A DNA stretch of 64,000 bases from an uncultured Eubacteriales bacterium (GTDB lineage: Bacteria > Bacillota > Clostridia > Christensenellales > UBA1242): positions 12,968 through 76,967 of the forward strand of contig CAQIDI010000002.1 of NCBI GenBank assembly GCA_948806215.1, given 5' to 3'. Below the pieces are notes generated by a model. The model searched no databases, had not been told where the DNA came from, and worked only from the letters and a program-made list of their open reading frames with translations. The position numbers were made by a program, and so were the translations under genes. How positions within the stretch are numbered: the stretch's first letter is position 1; every line of letters starts with the position of its first letter. Below are positions 45,412 through 56,305 of this stretch, piece by piece.

Positions 45412-47259
45412 ATGTCTGCACAAAAAAAGAGCGGACCACACGGTGGACCTCCTGGAATGGGCGCAGTTGAAAAGCCTAAAAACTTTAAAGGAACTTTTAA
45501 AAAGTTTTTAAAAGAATTAAAACCTATTAAAATTCCTATTATATTAACTTTTATTTTTCTAACAATTTCGGTTTTAGTTACTGTTTATGCTCCAAAACTA
45601 TTAGGTCAAGCGTTAACCGAAGTTACTAAATATATTACAACTAATAACTCCGAAACACTAAAAACCATTATTACACTAATAATTATTATGGGTGTGCTTT
45701 ACTTTATTAATTTTATTTTTGGTTTAATTAGCCACCTATTAATGGGTAAAGCAAGTGCAAAAGTTACTTATTCGTTAAGAGAAAGATTAAAAAACAAACT
45801 AACAAAGTTACCGCTTAACTTTTACGACACTCGTGAAACCGGTGATGTGCTTTCGGTGTTTGTTAACGATATTGACAACATTGGTCAAAGTTTGCAGCAA
45901 GCTTTGCAACAAGTTATTTATAGCATAATAACATTAGTTGGCGTGCTTGTTATGATGTTAACAATTAATTTTTGGTTAACACTAATTGTGGTTGTAATGC
46001 TTCCTTTATCAATGATTTTAACAGGTTTTGTTATGAAGCATAGCCAAAAATACTTTGCTAGGCAAGCATCCGACTTGGGTAAAGTTAACTCTCACATAGA
46101 AGAAATTTACACAAATCAAAAAACAGTAAAATCGTTTACAAACGAAGATAAAGCAATTAAAGAGTTTGATGAATACAACAACAAACTTTACGAATCTGGT
46201 CAAAAAAGTCAATTCTTTTCGGGACTACTTCACCCATTAATTAATTTTACAAACAACTTTGGATATGTTGTTTTAAGTTTGGTTTGCTGCATATTTATTT
46301 TAAATGGAATTTCAAGCGGGCAAGAGCACTTTGGAATTTTTACCACAATGCTTGAGTTTGGATACTTAGTAACCTTTTTAAACTATAGCCAACAATTCAC
46401 TCAACCAATATTAAGTCTTGCACAAATTATGAATATGTTTCAAACAACCTTAGCCGCTAGCGAGCGTGTGTTTGAAATTTTAGATAGCGAAGAAGAAGTT
46501 TACTTACCTGTTACAAATTCGTTTAATAAAGTTAAGGGCGATATAACTTTTGAACATTTAAAATTTGGTTACACTCCTAACAAAATTTTGTTAACCGATG
46601 TTAATTGTAAAATTAAAAATGGTCAGATGGTTGCAATAGTTGGCCCAACAGGTGCAGGAAAAACTACAATTGTTAATTTGATAATGCGTTTCTACGAACT
46701 AAACGATGGAAAAATAACTATAGATGGAACAGATATTAAAACAGTTTCGCGAAATAATTTGCGTGAACGAATTGGAATGGTTTTACAAGATACTTGGTTG
46801 TTTAGTGGCACTATTATGGATAACTTAAAATACGGCAATCCTACCATTAGTGAAGAAGAAGTTATTGAAATTTGCAAAGCTGTGCACGCACACCACTTTA
46901 TAACAACCTTAAGCGATGGCTACAACACAGTTATAACCGAAAATGTTACAAACATCTCGGCTGGGCAAAAACAGTTATTAACCATTGCCAGAGCATTAAT
47001 TGCTAAGCCTGATATTATGATATTAGACGAAGCAACATCTAACATTGATACCCGAACTGAAGTTTTAATTCAAAAGGCTATGAAAGTTGCAATGCAAAAC
47101 CGAACCAGTTTTGTTATTGCACACAGGCTTTCAACCATTGTTAACGCCGATAAAATTTTGGTTGTTAATAATGGCGACATTGTTGAACAAGGTAATCATA
47201 ACGAACTAATTAAAGCAAAAGGGTTTTATTATAATTTATATAACAGCCAATTTAGTTAA
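45412..47259 (+). CDS. ABC exporter subunit (fused permease-ATPase), partner of 43668..45410
   Basis: ATG at 45412 follows AAAGGAGG, directly after the upstream stop. Motifs are GPTGAGKTT, ISAGQKQ and ILDEATS. The tracked ORF starts upstream at 45367. Confidence 0.9.
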   Translation: MSAQKKSGPHGGPPGMGAVEKPKNFKGTFKKFLKELKPIKIPIILTFIFLTISVLVTVYAPKLLGQALTEVTKYITTNNSETLKTIITLIIIMGVLYFINFIFGLISHLLMGKASAKVTYSLRERLKNKLTKLPLNFYDTRETGDVLSVFVNDIDNIGQSLQQALQQVIYSIITLVGVLVMMLTINFWLTLIVVVMLPLSMILTGFVMKHSQKYFARQASDLGKVNSHIEEIYTNQKTVKSFTNEDKAIKEFDEYNNKLYESGQKSQFFSGLLHPLINFTNNFGYVVLSLVCCIFILNGISSGQEHFGIFTTMLEFGYLVTFLNYSQQFTQPILSLAQIMNMFQTTLAASERVFEILDSEEEVYLPVTNSFNKVKGDITFEHLKFGYTPNKILLTDVNCKIKNGQMVAIVGPTGAGKTTIVNLIMRFYELNDGKITIDGTDIKTVSRNNLRERIGMVLQDTWLFSGTIMDNLKYGNPTISEEEVIEICKAVHAHHFITTLSDGYNTVITENVTNISAGQKQLLTIARALIAKPDIMILDEATSNIDTRTEVLIQKAMKVAMQNRTSFVIAHRLSTIVNADKILVVNNGDIVEQGNHNELIKAKGFYYNLYNSQFS

Positions 47260-47291
47260 AAAAGAAAGCACTTATTTGTGCTTTCTTTTTT
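47258..47291. terminator. bidirectional terminator between ABC pair 2 and the flavoprotein genes
   Basis: AGAAAGCAC-ttattt-GTGCTTTCT flanked by an A-run and a T-run. Confidence 0.8.
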
Positions 47292-48863
47292 TTAATTTTT
47301 CAAAATTAAATCTCTAATGTGTTCGGCAGTTTTTAATCCGTCAACAGCACTAGTCGTTATTCCTCCTGCATATCCAGCACCTTCGCCACAAGGGAACAAT
47401 CCTTTAATGCTACTTTCAAAATTATCATCTCTAACAATGGTTACTGGGCTAGAACTTCGACTTTCAATTCCCACAAGCAAGTTTCCACTATCTGCAAAAT
47501 TTTTTAGTTTGGTGTTTAATATTGGAAGTGCCAATTTTAAACTGTCGTAAACAAAACTAGGCAAACAATTTTTTAAATTTGTATAAGTAACTTTTAAACT
47601 TGGTTTAACCTTTAACTCACATTTTTTGCCAGTTAAAAACTCGCCAACAGACTGTGCTGGGCAATTATAATTTTTGCCACCACACTCAAAAGCCAAGCTC
47701 TCATATTTGCTTTGAAATTCCACACCAGCTAGTGGGTCGGTTGAATTAAAATCGCTAGGCGTAACATTAACCAAAACTGCACTGTTTGCGTTTTTTCCAT
47801 CACGCAAAAAATTACTCATACCATTTGTTACCACAGTATTTTCTTCGCTTGCAGAATTAACTATTTGCCCACCGGGACACATACAAAATGTAAAAACACT
47901 TCTGCCATTATTAAGATGTGTTACCAACTTATAATCGGCACTTGGCAATTTTAAATTTTTATTACCATATTGCGAAAAGTTAATATCGCTTTGCAGTTGC
48001 TCTATTCTAACACCCATTGCAAAAGGCTTTTGCTCTAGCATAACATTTTTATTTTTTAGCATATAATAAACCTGCTTTGCACTATGCCCCACAGCCAAAA
48101 CAAGGTTTTCGGTTTTTATTTCAAATTCAGAGTTATCTAAAACATTTTTGGCTTTTATGCCACAAACCCTATTGTTTTTTACTAAAATATCGGATAACTG
48201 TGTGTTAAACATAACTTTTCCGCCATTTTTAATAATTTGCATTCTAATGTTTTTTACAACGGTTTTTAGTTTATCAGAACCAATGTGTGGTTTTGCTTCA
48301 AACAAAATTTGCTTCGGTGCACCACTTAAATAAAACTGATTTATAACTGTTAAACAATATGAATTATTAACATTGGTGTTAAGTTTTCCATCGCTAAATG
48401 TTCCTGCTCCGCCTTCGCCAAATTGAACATTGCTATTAACATTAAGTTTTCCGGTTTCCCAAAATTCTTTAACTTGAATATCTCTTGTATCAACATCTGC
48501 CCCCTGCTCAATTACTATCGGTTTTAATCCCATTTCACTAAGCGCCAAAGCACAAAACATTCCACTTGGACCAAACCCAACAACCACAGGAGAATTAGAC
48601 AAGTTAAAATCCACTTTGTTATATTTAACACCTATTATATTATATTCAAACTTTTTATCGCTAAAGTTTCGTTCGTTAAATAGTGTAACACCACAGGTTA
48701 AAACATAAAAAATTTTTGGCTTACGCCTTGCATCAATTGACGATTTTAAAATTATAAAATCTAAAATTTCGCTAACATTAATCTTTAATGCTGAAGCGAT
48801 TTTTTGTTTTATTTTATCGTTATTAAAATTTGGTTCTAAAATTAAATTACTAACCTTAATCAT
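47292..48863 (-). CDS. FAD-dependent oxidoreductase (COG2509-like, uncharacterised)
   Basis: 523 aa with the dinucleotide-binding motif VVGFGPSGMFCAL and a C-terminal GEGAGYAGGI. Confidence 0.75.
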   Translation of the reverse strand: MIKVSNLILEPNFNNDKIKQKIASALKINVSEILDFIILKSSIDARRKPKIFYVLTCGVTLFNERNFSDKKFEYNIIGVKYNKVDFNLSNSPVVVGFGPSGMFCALALSEMGLKPIVIEQGADVDTRDIQVKEFWETGKLNVNSNVQFGEGGAGTFSDGKLNTNVNNSYCLTVINQFYLSGAPKQILFEAKPHIGSDKLKTVVKNIRMQIIKNGGKVMFNTQLSDILVKNNRVCGIKAKNVLDNSEFEIKTENLVLAVGHSAKQVYYMLKNKNVMLEQKPFAMGVRIEQLQSDINFSQYGNKNLKLPSADYKLVTHLNNGRSVFTFCMCPGGQIVNSASEENTVVTNGMSNFLRDGKNANSAVLVNVTPSDFNSTDPLAGVEFQSKYESLAFECGGKNYNCPAQSVGEFLTGKKCELKVKPSLKVTYTNLKNCLPSFVYDSLKLALPILNTKLKNFADSGNLLVGIESRSSSPVTIVRDDNFESSIKGLFPCGEGAGYAGGITTSAVDGLKTAEHIRDLILKN

Positions 48864-48866
48864 TTA

Positions 48867-50024
48867 CTATAAACTTTTTCCTACTATATATCCACTTGTC
48901 CAAGCCCACTGCAAATTATAACCGCCACAAAGCCCATCAACATTATTTGCTTCTCCGCAAACAAACAAGTTTTTGTTTTGCTTCGATTCTAAATTGCTTG
49001 TTAAGTCGCTTAGGTTAACGCCACCACAGTGCACCTGATTATTATCGTAAAAGCCAACAACATCTAAACTAAAATCAGATATTATTTTTGCTAGCTCTAA
49101 AATTTGATTATCGCTTAAATTATTAACACTAATATTATAATTAACTTTTGCCCGATTCAAAATTTCATACCCAAGGTTCTTATGAAATAATCCAACAAAA
49201 AATTGTTTTATGCTATTGTTCTTTAATATTTGTTTTCTTTTAGTTAACATATTAATTAAACAATTAAATTCTAAATCTGGCAAAAGGTTAATGCTAAGTT
49301 TAGCTGAATTTAAATTGTTTCTTGCCATAAAAGCCGATAAGTTCATAACACAAATTCCGCCAACACCATTATCTTTAAATAATATTTCGCCAAATTCAAT
49401 AAAAGTTTTACTGTTTAGTTCTAAACTAACTTTAACATTTGGCACTCTAATTCCGCTTAATTCTTTTATCTTATTAGATGTTTTTAAAGCACACAAACTA
49501 GGCACAAATGGTTGAACGCTTACATTTGTAAGCATATTGTTAAGTGCATTTCCACCCACACAAACCACCACTTTTTCGCAAGTATATTCGCCATTGTTTG
49601 TAATAATTTTGTAGCCACTATCACCTTTTAATATTTGGTTAGCTTTGGTTTGAGTTATTATTTCCACGTAATTATTGTTAAGCGCATTAACCATAACATC
49701 TAAAACCGAACTAGATAAGTTAGATTTAGGATATCTTCTACCTTCACTATCGGCATAACTAACCAAACCTAGTTGTTCAAAAAAATTAATAGCATCGGCA
49801 CTATTAAACTTTTTTAAAAAGTTACTAATATCAACATTATAGCTATTTTCCAAAATATTATCGTTAGTAAAGTTGCATCTGCCATTACCCGAAGCCAAAA
49901 TTTTTTTACCAACTTTTACATCGGCTTCTAAAATGGTTACTTTAACACCATTCAAACTTGCAACCAAGGCACACATCAAGCCTGATGCTCCGCCACCTAT
50001 AACTATTACTTGTTTTTTTATCAT
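48867..50024 (-). CDS. HI0933/BaiN-like NAD(FAD)-utilising flavoprotein
   Basis: 385 aa with N-terminal VIVIGGGASGLMCA and C-terminal GEANNVDGLCGGYNLQWAW. Confidence 0.8.
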   Translation of the reverse strand: MIKKQVIVIGGGASGLMCALVASLNGVKVTILEADVKVGKKILASGNGRCNFTNDNILENSYNVDISNFLKKFNSADAINFFEQLGLVSYADSEGRRYPKSNLSSSVLDVMVNALNNNYVEIITQTKANQILKGDSGYKIITNNGEYTCEKVVVCVGGNALNNMLTNVSVQPFVPSLCALKTSNKIKELSGIRVPNVKVSLELNSKTFIEFGEILFKDNGVGGICVMNLSAFMARNNLNSAKLSINLLPDLEFNCLINMLTKRKQILKNNSIKQFFVGLFHKNLGYEILNRAKVNYNISVNNLSDNQILELAKIISDFSLDVVGFYDNNQVHCGGVNLSDLTSNLESKQNKNLFVCGEANNVDGLCGGYNLQWAWTSGYIVGKSL

Positions 50025-50144
50025 ATCTTCACCAATAATTTTAGTTAATTATATTTTACAACAAAAGTTTAAATTAACCTATTTTATTTAATATTTTTAG
50101 TAATTAATTTTAAAAAACAAAAAAGCAAAACAACATTTGCTTTT

Positions 50145-50915
50145 TTATAATAATCTTTTAGGATTTAGATTGCACCTTTTATCAAATTGATTATCTGATA
50201 AACTTTCTAATGGCATATTGCCATAAATTATGCATCTATCATCGTGTGATTGAACTTCGCTTTTATTTAGTTTTAGGCGATACACTTTGCCAATTTGCAC
50301 TTTTTTCATATCTGCTGGTTTAATCCTACTTAACACCATAGGAATTAAATGTGGCTGCTCTGGACGCCTACCTAAATCTTTAACAAAGCCGTGATTTAAA
50401 TAAAATTTCAAATTTCTATCAAAAACAATTTTTCCATTTTTTATGCTTTCTTCGTTAAGACTTGCTATATCTTGTTTGCTTAGTTCATCTGCATAATATG
50501 TTACAGTTTTTTCACCATTAGTGTAAACACACAAACTATCTAACGTTATGGATTTTGCATTTAATTTTACCGCAACTTCCTTAACATATTCCAACATTTC
50601 TCTACCAATGCCGTTTCCGCGAAAAGCTTCTTCAACTTTTATTAAGCCAATATGTAGGTTTTTTGTTAATTTATCAAACTTAAAATCGCAATGGCCAATT
50701 TTTATTTCTGAAAACCCGCGTCCATCCCAACCACTTGAAGGTGTGGCACAAATAACCCTAGCTCGAGTTCCGTATAAATAAAACCACTTGCTATCGTTAG
50801 CATTTCTAAAACCATAGTGAATATAATTATTATTAAGTTTTTTTAATTTATTAACAACAAACATTTGTTGTAATAAATTAGGCTTTTCGTTGTTGATAAA
50901 AATTATATCTTCCAA
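50145..50915 (-). CDS. GNAT-family acetyltransferase-like protein
   Basis: 256 aa with motif A AFRGNGIGREML and a downstream FYLNHGF. Transcribed divergently from the TetR gene. Confidence 0.65.
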   Translation of the reverse strand: MEDIIFINNEKPNLLQQMFVVNKLKKLNNNYIHYGFRNANDSKWFYLYGTRARVICATPSSGWDGRGFSEIKIGHCDFKFDKLTKNLHIGLIKVEEAFRGNGIGREMLEYVKEVAVKLNAKSITLDSLCVYTNGEKTVTYYADELSKQDIASLNEESIKNGKIVFDRNLKFYLNHGFVKDLGRRPEQPHLIPMVLSRIKPADMKKVQIGKVYRLKLNKSEVQSHDDRCIIYGNMPLESLSDNQFDKRCNLNPKRLL

Positions 50916-51001
50916 TTAACTCACCTTTAATTTTTGCTTTAGTTATTATACCACATCATTCTACTAAGTTCAATATTTAAATTTTTGGTAAAATTGCATA
51001 G

Positions 51002-51013
51002 TTGACACAGTGT
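51002..51013. promoter_or_regulatory. TetR-type operator half-degenerate copy
   Basis: TTGACACAGTGT is an identical 12-mer to the left part of the palindrome at 51070-51084. Confidence 0.5.
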
Positions 51014-51069
51014 ATATTTTTGTTGCAAACATAACCTTTTTATAATATAATAATCATAGTTTTTTAGTT

Positions 51070-51084
51070 TTGACACAGTGTCAA
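51070..51084. promoter_or_regulatory. perfect 15-bp palindromic operator candidate
   Basis: TTGACAC-A-GTGTCAA, 34 nt upstream of the TetR start codon. Confidence 0.55.
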
Positions 51085-51117
51085 TTATTAAAATAAAAAG
51101 CAATTAGGAGGAATATA

Positions 51118-51726
51118 GTGTTGAATAAACCAGCTTTTGATAAATTAAAACCTGAAAAACAAAAACGAATATTAAACGCAGCATTTAACGAATTTTCTAA
51201 ATATCCATACGATAAATGCTCTGTTTTTCAAATTGCAAAAAATGCAAAAATTTCTCGTGCTTCGTTTTATTTCTATTTTTCGGATAAAAAAGATATTTAT
51301 TTATATATACTAAACAAATTAAAATGCGAGATTTTTAGTGATTTAAAAATAAAATTTGATGCGGTTGACCCTTTTGATGTTATATTAAAACTATTTTATA
51401 AATTTGTGGAGTTTAAAGGAACAGACATTCAAAACTTTATTGAAATGTTTTTTAAAAACTCCACACCAACAACACAAAATATTTTTGTATCCGATATTAA
51501 CTCGCCAAAACCGGATTTAAAATGTAAAATGGATTTAAGCAAATACACTAGCGAAATAACTGAAAGCCAATTTTTAACATTGATTGATATGGTGTTTTAT
51601 GGAATGCTTAAAAGCCTACATTTTTATTACCAAGATAAAATTAACAAACAAGATGTGTTAGAAAGTTTTAATAAAATAACATACTATTCAATAAACGGAA
51701 TTTTAAAGGAGAAGCAAAATGCTTGA
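51118..51726 (+). CDS. TetR/AcrR-family transcriptional regulator
   Basis: 202 aa with a GTG start 7 nt after AGGAGG and an N-terminal HTH (FQIAKNAKISRASFYFYFSDK). Its TGA stop overlaps the ABC gene start region. Confidence 0.85.
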   Translation: MLNKPAFDKLKPEKQKRILNAAFNEFSKYPYDKCSVFQIAKNAKISRASFYFYFSDKKDIYLYILNKLKCEIFSDLKIKFDAVDPFDVILKLFYKFVEFKGTDIQNFIEMFFKNSTPTTQNIFVSDINSPKPDLKCKMDLSKYTSEITESQFLTLIDMVFYGMLKSLHFYYQDKINKQDVLESFNKITYYSINGILKEKQNA

Positions 51727-54406
51727 ACTAAAAGAAATTGTTAAAGATTATGTTGCTGGCGACACAACAGTTAAGGCTTTAAAAGGAATAAGTATTGATT
51801 TTAGACAATCGGAATTTGTTTCTATATTAGGACAATCTGGTTGTGGTAAAACAACATTGCTTAATATTATTGGTGGTTTAGACCACTACACTTCGGGCGA
51901 TTTGATTATAAACAATAAATCCACAAAGGATTTTAACGATTACGATTGGGATACATATAGAAACCATTCGATTGGGTTTATATTTCAAAGTTACAATTTA
52001 ATTATGCATCTAACCGTTGCAGAAAATGTTGAGTTAGCACTTTCGCTTGCAGGTATCAGCAAAGAAGAACGACACAAACGAGCAGTTGAAGCGTTGACAA
52101 CAGTTGGCTTAAAAGACCAAGTAAATAAAAAACCAAATCAACTTAGTGGCGGACAAATGCAACGCGTTGCTATTGCTAGGTCGCTTGTTAATAATCCTGA
52201 TATTTTGCTTGCAGACGAACCAACTGGCGCACTAGATTCGGAAACCAGCGAACAAGTTATGAAAATATTAAAAGATATTAGCAAAGATAGGCTTATTATT
52301 ATGGTTACTCATAACGCCGAGTTAGCTGAAAAATATTCTACTAGAATTATTAAACTTTTAGATGGTAAAGTTATTGATGACACAAAGCCATATAATCACG
52401 AACAAGAAAAAAAGGTAAAATCAAACAAGTTACCTAAAGATAAACAAGAATTATTAGATAATATAACCATATTGTTTGAAAACAATAAAATTAGCGAAAG
52501 TGAATTTGAAAGTTACAAAACTCAAATAATAAGTAACACCGAATTTGACTTAAGCACAAATAAAAAATTAAATAAATTGTTAAAAACACAAAATCGATTA
52601 CAACACAAACGCACTTCTATGAAATATGGAACTGCACTATCGCTATCGTTTAAAAACCTATTAACAAAAAAATGGCGAACCATTATGACAAGCTTTGCGG
52701 GCTCTATTGGTATTATTGGAATTGCTTTGATAATTGCTGTTAGTAATGGTTTTACTAATTATATAAATAAAATGCAATCGGAAGCTTTGGGTAGCACCCC
52801 ACTAACCGTTTCGGCAATTACTATGGACACTGATAAATTTCAAAACATTACTCCTAACCGTGACGAAGATGAAGATATTAACGAAGATGTTGTTGTTCCA
52901 TATAACCCACTTCAACAAATTATGCAATATGGTCACTACAACAACTTTACTAGCGAATTTTTAAATCACGTTAAAAAGTTTGAAAAAGAAAATGCAGATA
53001 AGGGCAAAGATTCTAATTTAAATATGATTGAATACGATTACTTTGTACCTATTAAAATATTATCTAAGAATAACGATAACAAAGTAACACTGTTTAAAAA
53101 CGAAAATTCAACCAGTGTTTTGCAAGGGTCTTTAAGTAGTTATGTTTATCCAATGTTAAACAATTTAGATTTTGTTATGAGCCAATACGAACTAATTTAT
53201 GGAACATTGCCAAAACAAAATAGCGAAGAAGAATATTCAAAAGAAATGCTTTTGGTTGTTGATAAAGGAAACAAGATAAGCATTCAAACTTTGCAAAGTT
53301 TAGGTATTGAAACTTCTACTAACGATAAAAATGAATACAACAAAATAAACTTCGGAGACATTTGCAACAAAGAATTTAAACTATTATTTAACGATGATTA
53401 TTATATTCCGGATAGTGATAACTTTGAAGAAATAACTAAGTTTGATAAACTTTCTACCGATAACGATTCGCTGCTTAATGCTTACGAAAAAGCTTCAACC
53501 ACATTAAAGATTAGCGGAGTTATAAGACTTAAAGCCGATGCAACTACCGAGTTATTGTCAACAGGTGTTGCCTATATGCCAAGCTTAAGAGATTATTACT
53601 TAAAAAATTGTGCAAATTCGTTAATTGCAAGAAAACAATTAGCCAACAAAGAAAGCTACGCTTTTTACGATAACTATGTTTTATCAGTCGCAGAAATGCA
53701 AGGGCTATTGCCACCAAATGGTTTTCCTAATGTTGCAGCAATTAATCAATTTTTAAAGCTTGCCTACAACTACGAATTATCAAACGATGATGCATTTGAA
53801 CTTGGTATGCAACAAATTGGAATAAGCAGCATTCCATTAAGCATTGCATTCTACCCTAAAACTTTTAGTGCAAAAGATAGCGTGCTTAATATGATTAAAG
53901 AATATAACGACACTAAAACTAACGATAACGAAAAAATTGTTTGTGCCGATACTACTCAATTTTTAACTAACACTCTTGGAAGTATGGTTAACATTATTAG
54001 TTATGTGTTAATTGCCTTTGCAGCGATTTCGTTAGTTGTTTCTTCAATTATGATTGCAATAATAACCTATGTTTCTGTTTTAGAACGCACAAAAGAAATT
54101 GGTGTTCTCCGCTCGATTGGTGCTCGCAAAAAAGATATCACTAGGGTGTTTAACGCCGAAACATTTTTAATAGGTTTAACTTCTGGAGTTTTGGGCGTTG
54201 TTATTAGCTTTGTTTTAACTTTTCCAATAAGTGCTATAATAAAAGCTGTTGCAGGCGGAGCAATAACAACTTCTATGGCTATTATGGATCCTATTAGTTC
54301 AGTTATTTTAATTGCGATATCGGTTGTTCTTACAATGATATCCGGATTGGTTCCTGCAATTATGGCGGCTAACCGCGACCCAGTTAAAGCACTTAGAAGC
54401 GAATAA
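51719..54406 (+). CDS. fused ABC ATPase plus FtsX/MacB-type permease
   Basis: 895 aa with GQSGCGKTT, LSGGQMQR and LLADEPTGALD, followed by a TM, a large extracytoplasmic domain and a C-terminal FtsX 3-TM bundle. Confidence 0.88.
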   Translation: MLELKEIVKDYVAGDTTVKALKGISIDFRQSEFVSILGQSGCGKTTLLNIIGGLDHYTSGDLIINNKSTKDFNDYDWDTYRNHSIGFIFQSYNLIMHLTVAENVELALSLAGISKEERHKRAVEALTTVGLKDQVNKKPNQLSGGQMQRVAIARSLVNNPDILLADEPTGALDSETSEQVMKILKDISKDRLIIMVTHNAELAEKYSTRIIKLLDGKVIDDTKPYNHEQEKKVKSNKLPKDKQELLDNITILFENNKISESEFESYKTQIISNTEFDLSTNKKLNKLLKTQNRLQHKRTSMKYGTALSLSFKNLLTKKWRTIMTSFAGSIGIIGIALIIAVSNGFTNYINKMQSEALGSTPLTVSAITMDTDKFQNITPNRDEDEDINEDVVVPYNPLQQIMQYGHYNNFTSEFLNHVKKFEKENADKGKDSNLNMIEYDYFVPIKILSKNNDNKVTLFKNENSTSVLQGSLSSYVYPMLNNLDFVMSQYELIYGTLPKQNSEEEYSKEMLLVVDKGNKISIQTLQSLGIETSTNDKNEYNKINFGDICNKEFKLLFNDDYYIPDSDNFEEITKFDKLSTDNDSLLNAYEKASTTLKISGVIRLKADATTELLSTGVAYMPSLRDYYLKNCANSLIARKQLANKESYAFYDNYVLSVAEMQGLLPPNGFPNVAAINQFLKLAYNYELSNDDAFELGMQQIGISSIPLSIAFYPKTFSAKDSVLNMIKEYNDTKTNDNEKIVCADTTQFLTNTLGSMVNIISYVLIAFAAISLVVSSIMIAIITYVSVLERTKEIGVLRSIGARKKDITRVFNAETFLIGLTSGVLGVVISFVLTFPISAIIKAVAGGAITTSMAIMDPISSVILIAISVVLTMISGLVPAIMAANRDPVKALRSE

Positions 54407-54425
54407 TAAATAAAATATTTAATAT

Positions 54426-54458
54426 AAAAAGCAACTTAAACTTATGGTTGCTTTTTAT
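54426..54458 (+). terminator. intrinsic terminator after the MacB-like gene
   Basis: AAGCAAC-loop-GTTGCTT, then a T-run. Confidence 0.7.
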
Positions 54459-54539
54459 TTTTTTTAATATTATTTTAGTATACCCTTTGTAATTTAAGTT
54501 CAAAATAATAAAAAATTATTTTATTGTTTAGGAGTTTAT

Positions 54540-55271
54540 ATGCCAGAAGTTATAAAGGTTTTATTATTTTCTATAGGCTCGGTTGCTTTTTTATTTGTGC
54601 TTTCTAAGCTGCTTGGTAAAAAACAAGTTACACAACTAACCTTTGTGGATTATGTTATTGGTATTTCGCTAGGTTCTATTGCTGCCGAAATGGCGACCGA
54701 TACCGAAACTCCTTTTTATTATTATCTTATTGCTATGGCAATATTTTTTATTTTTGCCATTCTTTTAAGTATTGTTGGAAGATTAACTCCTTGGTTAAAA
54801 CATATTTTAAAAGGTAAGCCTAGCACATTAATTTATAATGGCAAAGTTCAATATAACCAATTAAAACGCTCTCACTTAGATATTAACGACCTACTTGCAC
54901 TTTGCAGAGAGCGTGGCTATTTTGATATTAATAACATTGCCTATGCCATTTTAGAAACAAATGGGCAACTAAGTGTTATGCCAGTTGGTAGCGAAAAACC
55001 TGTGGTTGTTAGCAATTTTGATATAGAAGTTGAACAAGCCAGCCTAACAAACTATTTAATAGTTGATGGTAGAGTTTCGTTTTCTGGTTTAAGCGAAATT
55101 AATAAAGATTGTAATTGGTTATATAAAAATTTAAACATTAATTCTAAAGAAGATATAAATCAAATAATTCTTGCTAGCTATAACGAAAAACTAAAAAAGT
55201 TTGATGTGCACTATAAAGATCCTAAAATTAATAAAAATATTAATCAAATAAAAAGCAATCAACAAAAATAG
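54540..55271 (+). CDS. DUF421 (YetF-like) membrane protein
   Basis: 243 aa with an N-terminal 3-TM region (LTFVDYVIGISLGSIAA) and a C-terminal soluble domain. Confidence 0.75.
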   Translation: MPEVIKVLLFSIGSVAFLFVLSKLLGKKQVTQLTFVDYVIGISLGSIAAEMATDTETPFYYYLIAMAIFFIFAILLSIVGRLTPWLKHILKGKPSTLIYNGKVQYNQLKRSHLDINDLLALCRERGYFDINNIAYAILETNGQLSVMPVGSEKPVVVSNFDIEVEQASLTNYLIVDGRVSFSGLSEINKDCNWLYKNLNINSKEDINQIILASYNEKLKKFDVHYKDPKINKNINQIKSNQQK

Positions 55272-55380
55272 CCTTTAACGGCTGTTTTTTTGTTTTAAAA
55301 AAAAATTACCAAAATTTGTAAATAATTTTTTTTGTATTACGCATAATAGCAATAGAACAAATTTAAAAGGGGTATTTTAA

Positions 55381-56274
55381 ATGAAAAAAGCAAAATCTAA
55401 AAATTTATTATTTGCACTTTTACTTGGGACACTTGCCATAATGTTAATATTAACTAGCACCATTGGCAATGTTTCGGCATATAATGCAGCACCAAAGAAG
55501 TTAATTGTTAAAGGCTCTAGCGAAATAACTTTTAAACCAGATTCCGCTAATGTTTGCGTAGGAGTTGAAACAGTTAATTCTAATGTTACAACCGCACAAA
55601 AAGAAAATGCAGAAACTATGGAAAAAGTTATTGAAACTCTTATTAACAACGGAATAGAAAGAGATAGCATTAAAACCACTAGTTATAATATTTTTAAACA
55701 ACACAACTATAACACTGGCGCAGAATTTATAAACACTCAGGTTTCTAACCGAATTAGTTTTAATACAAATAACATTGACGATTTAAGTTCGCTTATTACC
55801 AAATTAACCGAAAGTGGTGCAAATGTTTTTGGTGGAATTACTTTTGAATTAAGCGCTTCTAGCGAAGCTTATAATCAAGCTTTAGAAAAAGCTATTGAAA
55901 ATGCTAAAGCAAAAGCTAAGGTTTTAGCTCCAAATGTAACATTAGAAATTAAAGAAATTTTAGAAGAATATTCTTATTGCTCTCCTTGCTATTTTGATAA
56001 CTTTGCAAGAGCTGAACTAAACACAAATTCAATTATGAAAGGCGATGTTAAAGTTTGTGCTAATGTTAAAGTAATATTCACTTGCGAAAATGTTATCGAA
56101 ACAAATTCTGATTTAACAGCTCAAAATGCAAACGAAGTTAAATTTAACAACACAAACAAAGTTAATGTTAAAACAGAAAATAAAACAACTCTAAACAATA
56201 ACGATAGTGTTATGGATAAAGAGTTTTTAGTTAACACCGAAACAACTAATAAAGTATCAAACACTGCAGCATAA
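55381..56274 (+). CDS. SIMPL/DUF541-domain secreted protein with an Asn/Thr-rich tail
   Basis: 297 aa with a signal peptide. The pattern IVKGSSEITFKPDSANVCVGVET is typical of the family. Confidence 0.7.
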   Translation: MKKAKSKNLLFALLLGTLAIMLILTSTIGNVSAYNAAPKKLIVKGSSEITFKPDSANVCVGVETVNSNVTTAQKENAETMEKVIETLINNGIERDSIKTTSYNIFKQHNYNTGAEFINTQVSNRISFNTNNIDDLSSLITKLTESGANVFGGITFELSASSEAYNQALEKAIENAKAKAKVLAPNVTLEIKEILEEYSYCSPCYFDNFARAELNTNSIMKGDVKVCANVKVIFTCENVIETNSDLTAQNANEVKFNNTNKVNVKTENKTTLNNNDSVMDKEFLVNTETTNKVSNTAA

Positions 56275-56275
56275 C

Positions 56276-56305
56276 AAAAAAGCACAATTAATTGTGCTTT
56301 TTTAT
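56276..56305 (+). terminator. intrinsic terminator after the SIMPL gene
   Basis: AGCACAATTAATTGTGCT palindrome, then a T-run. Confidence 0.8.
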
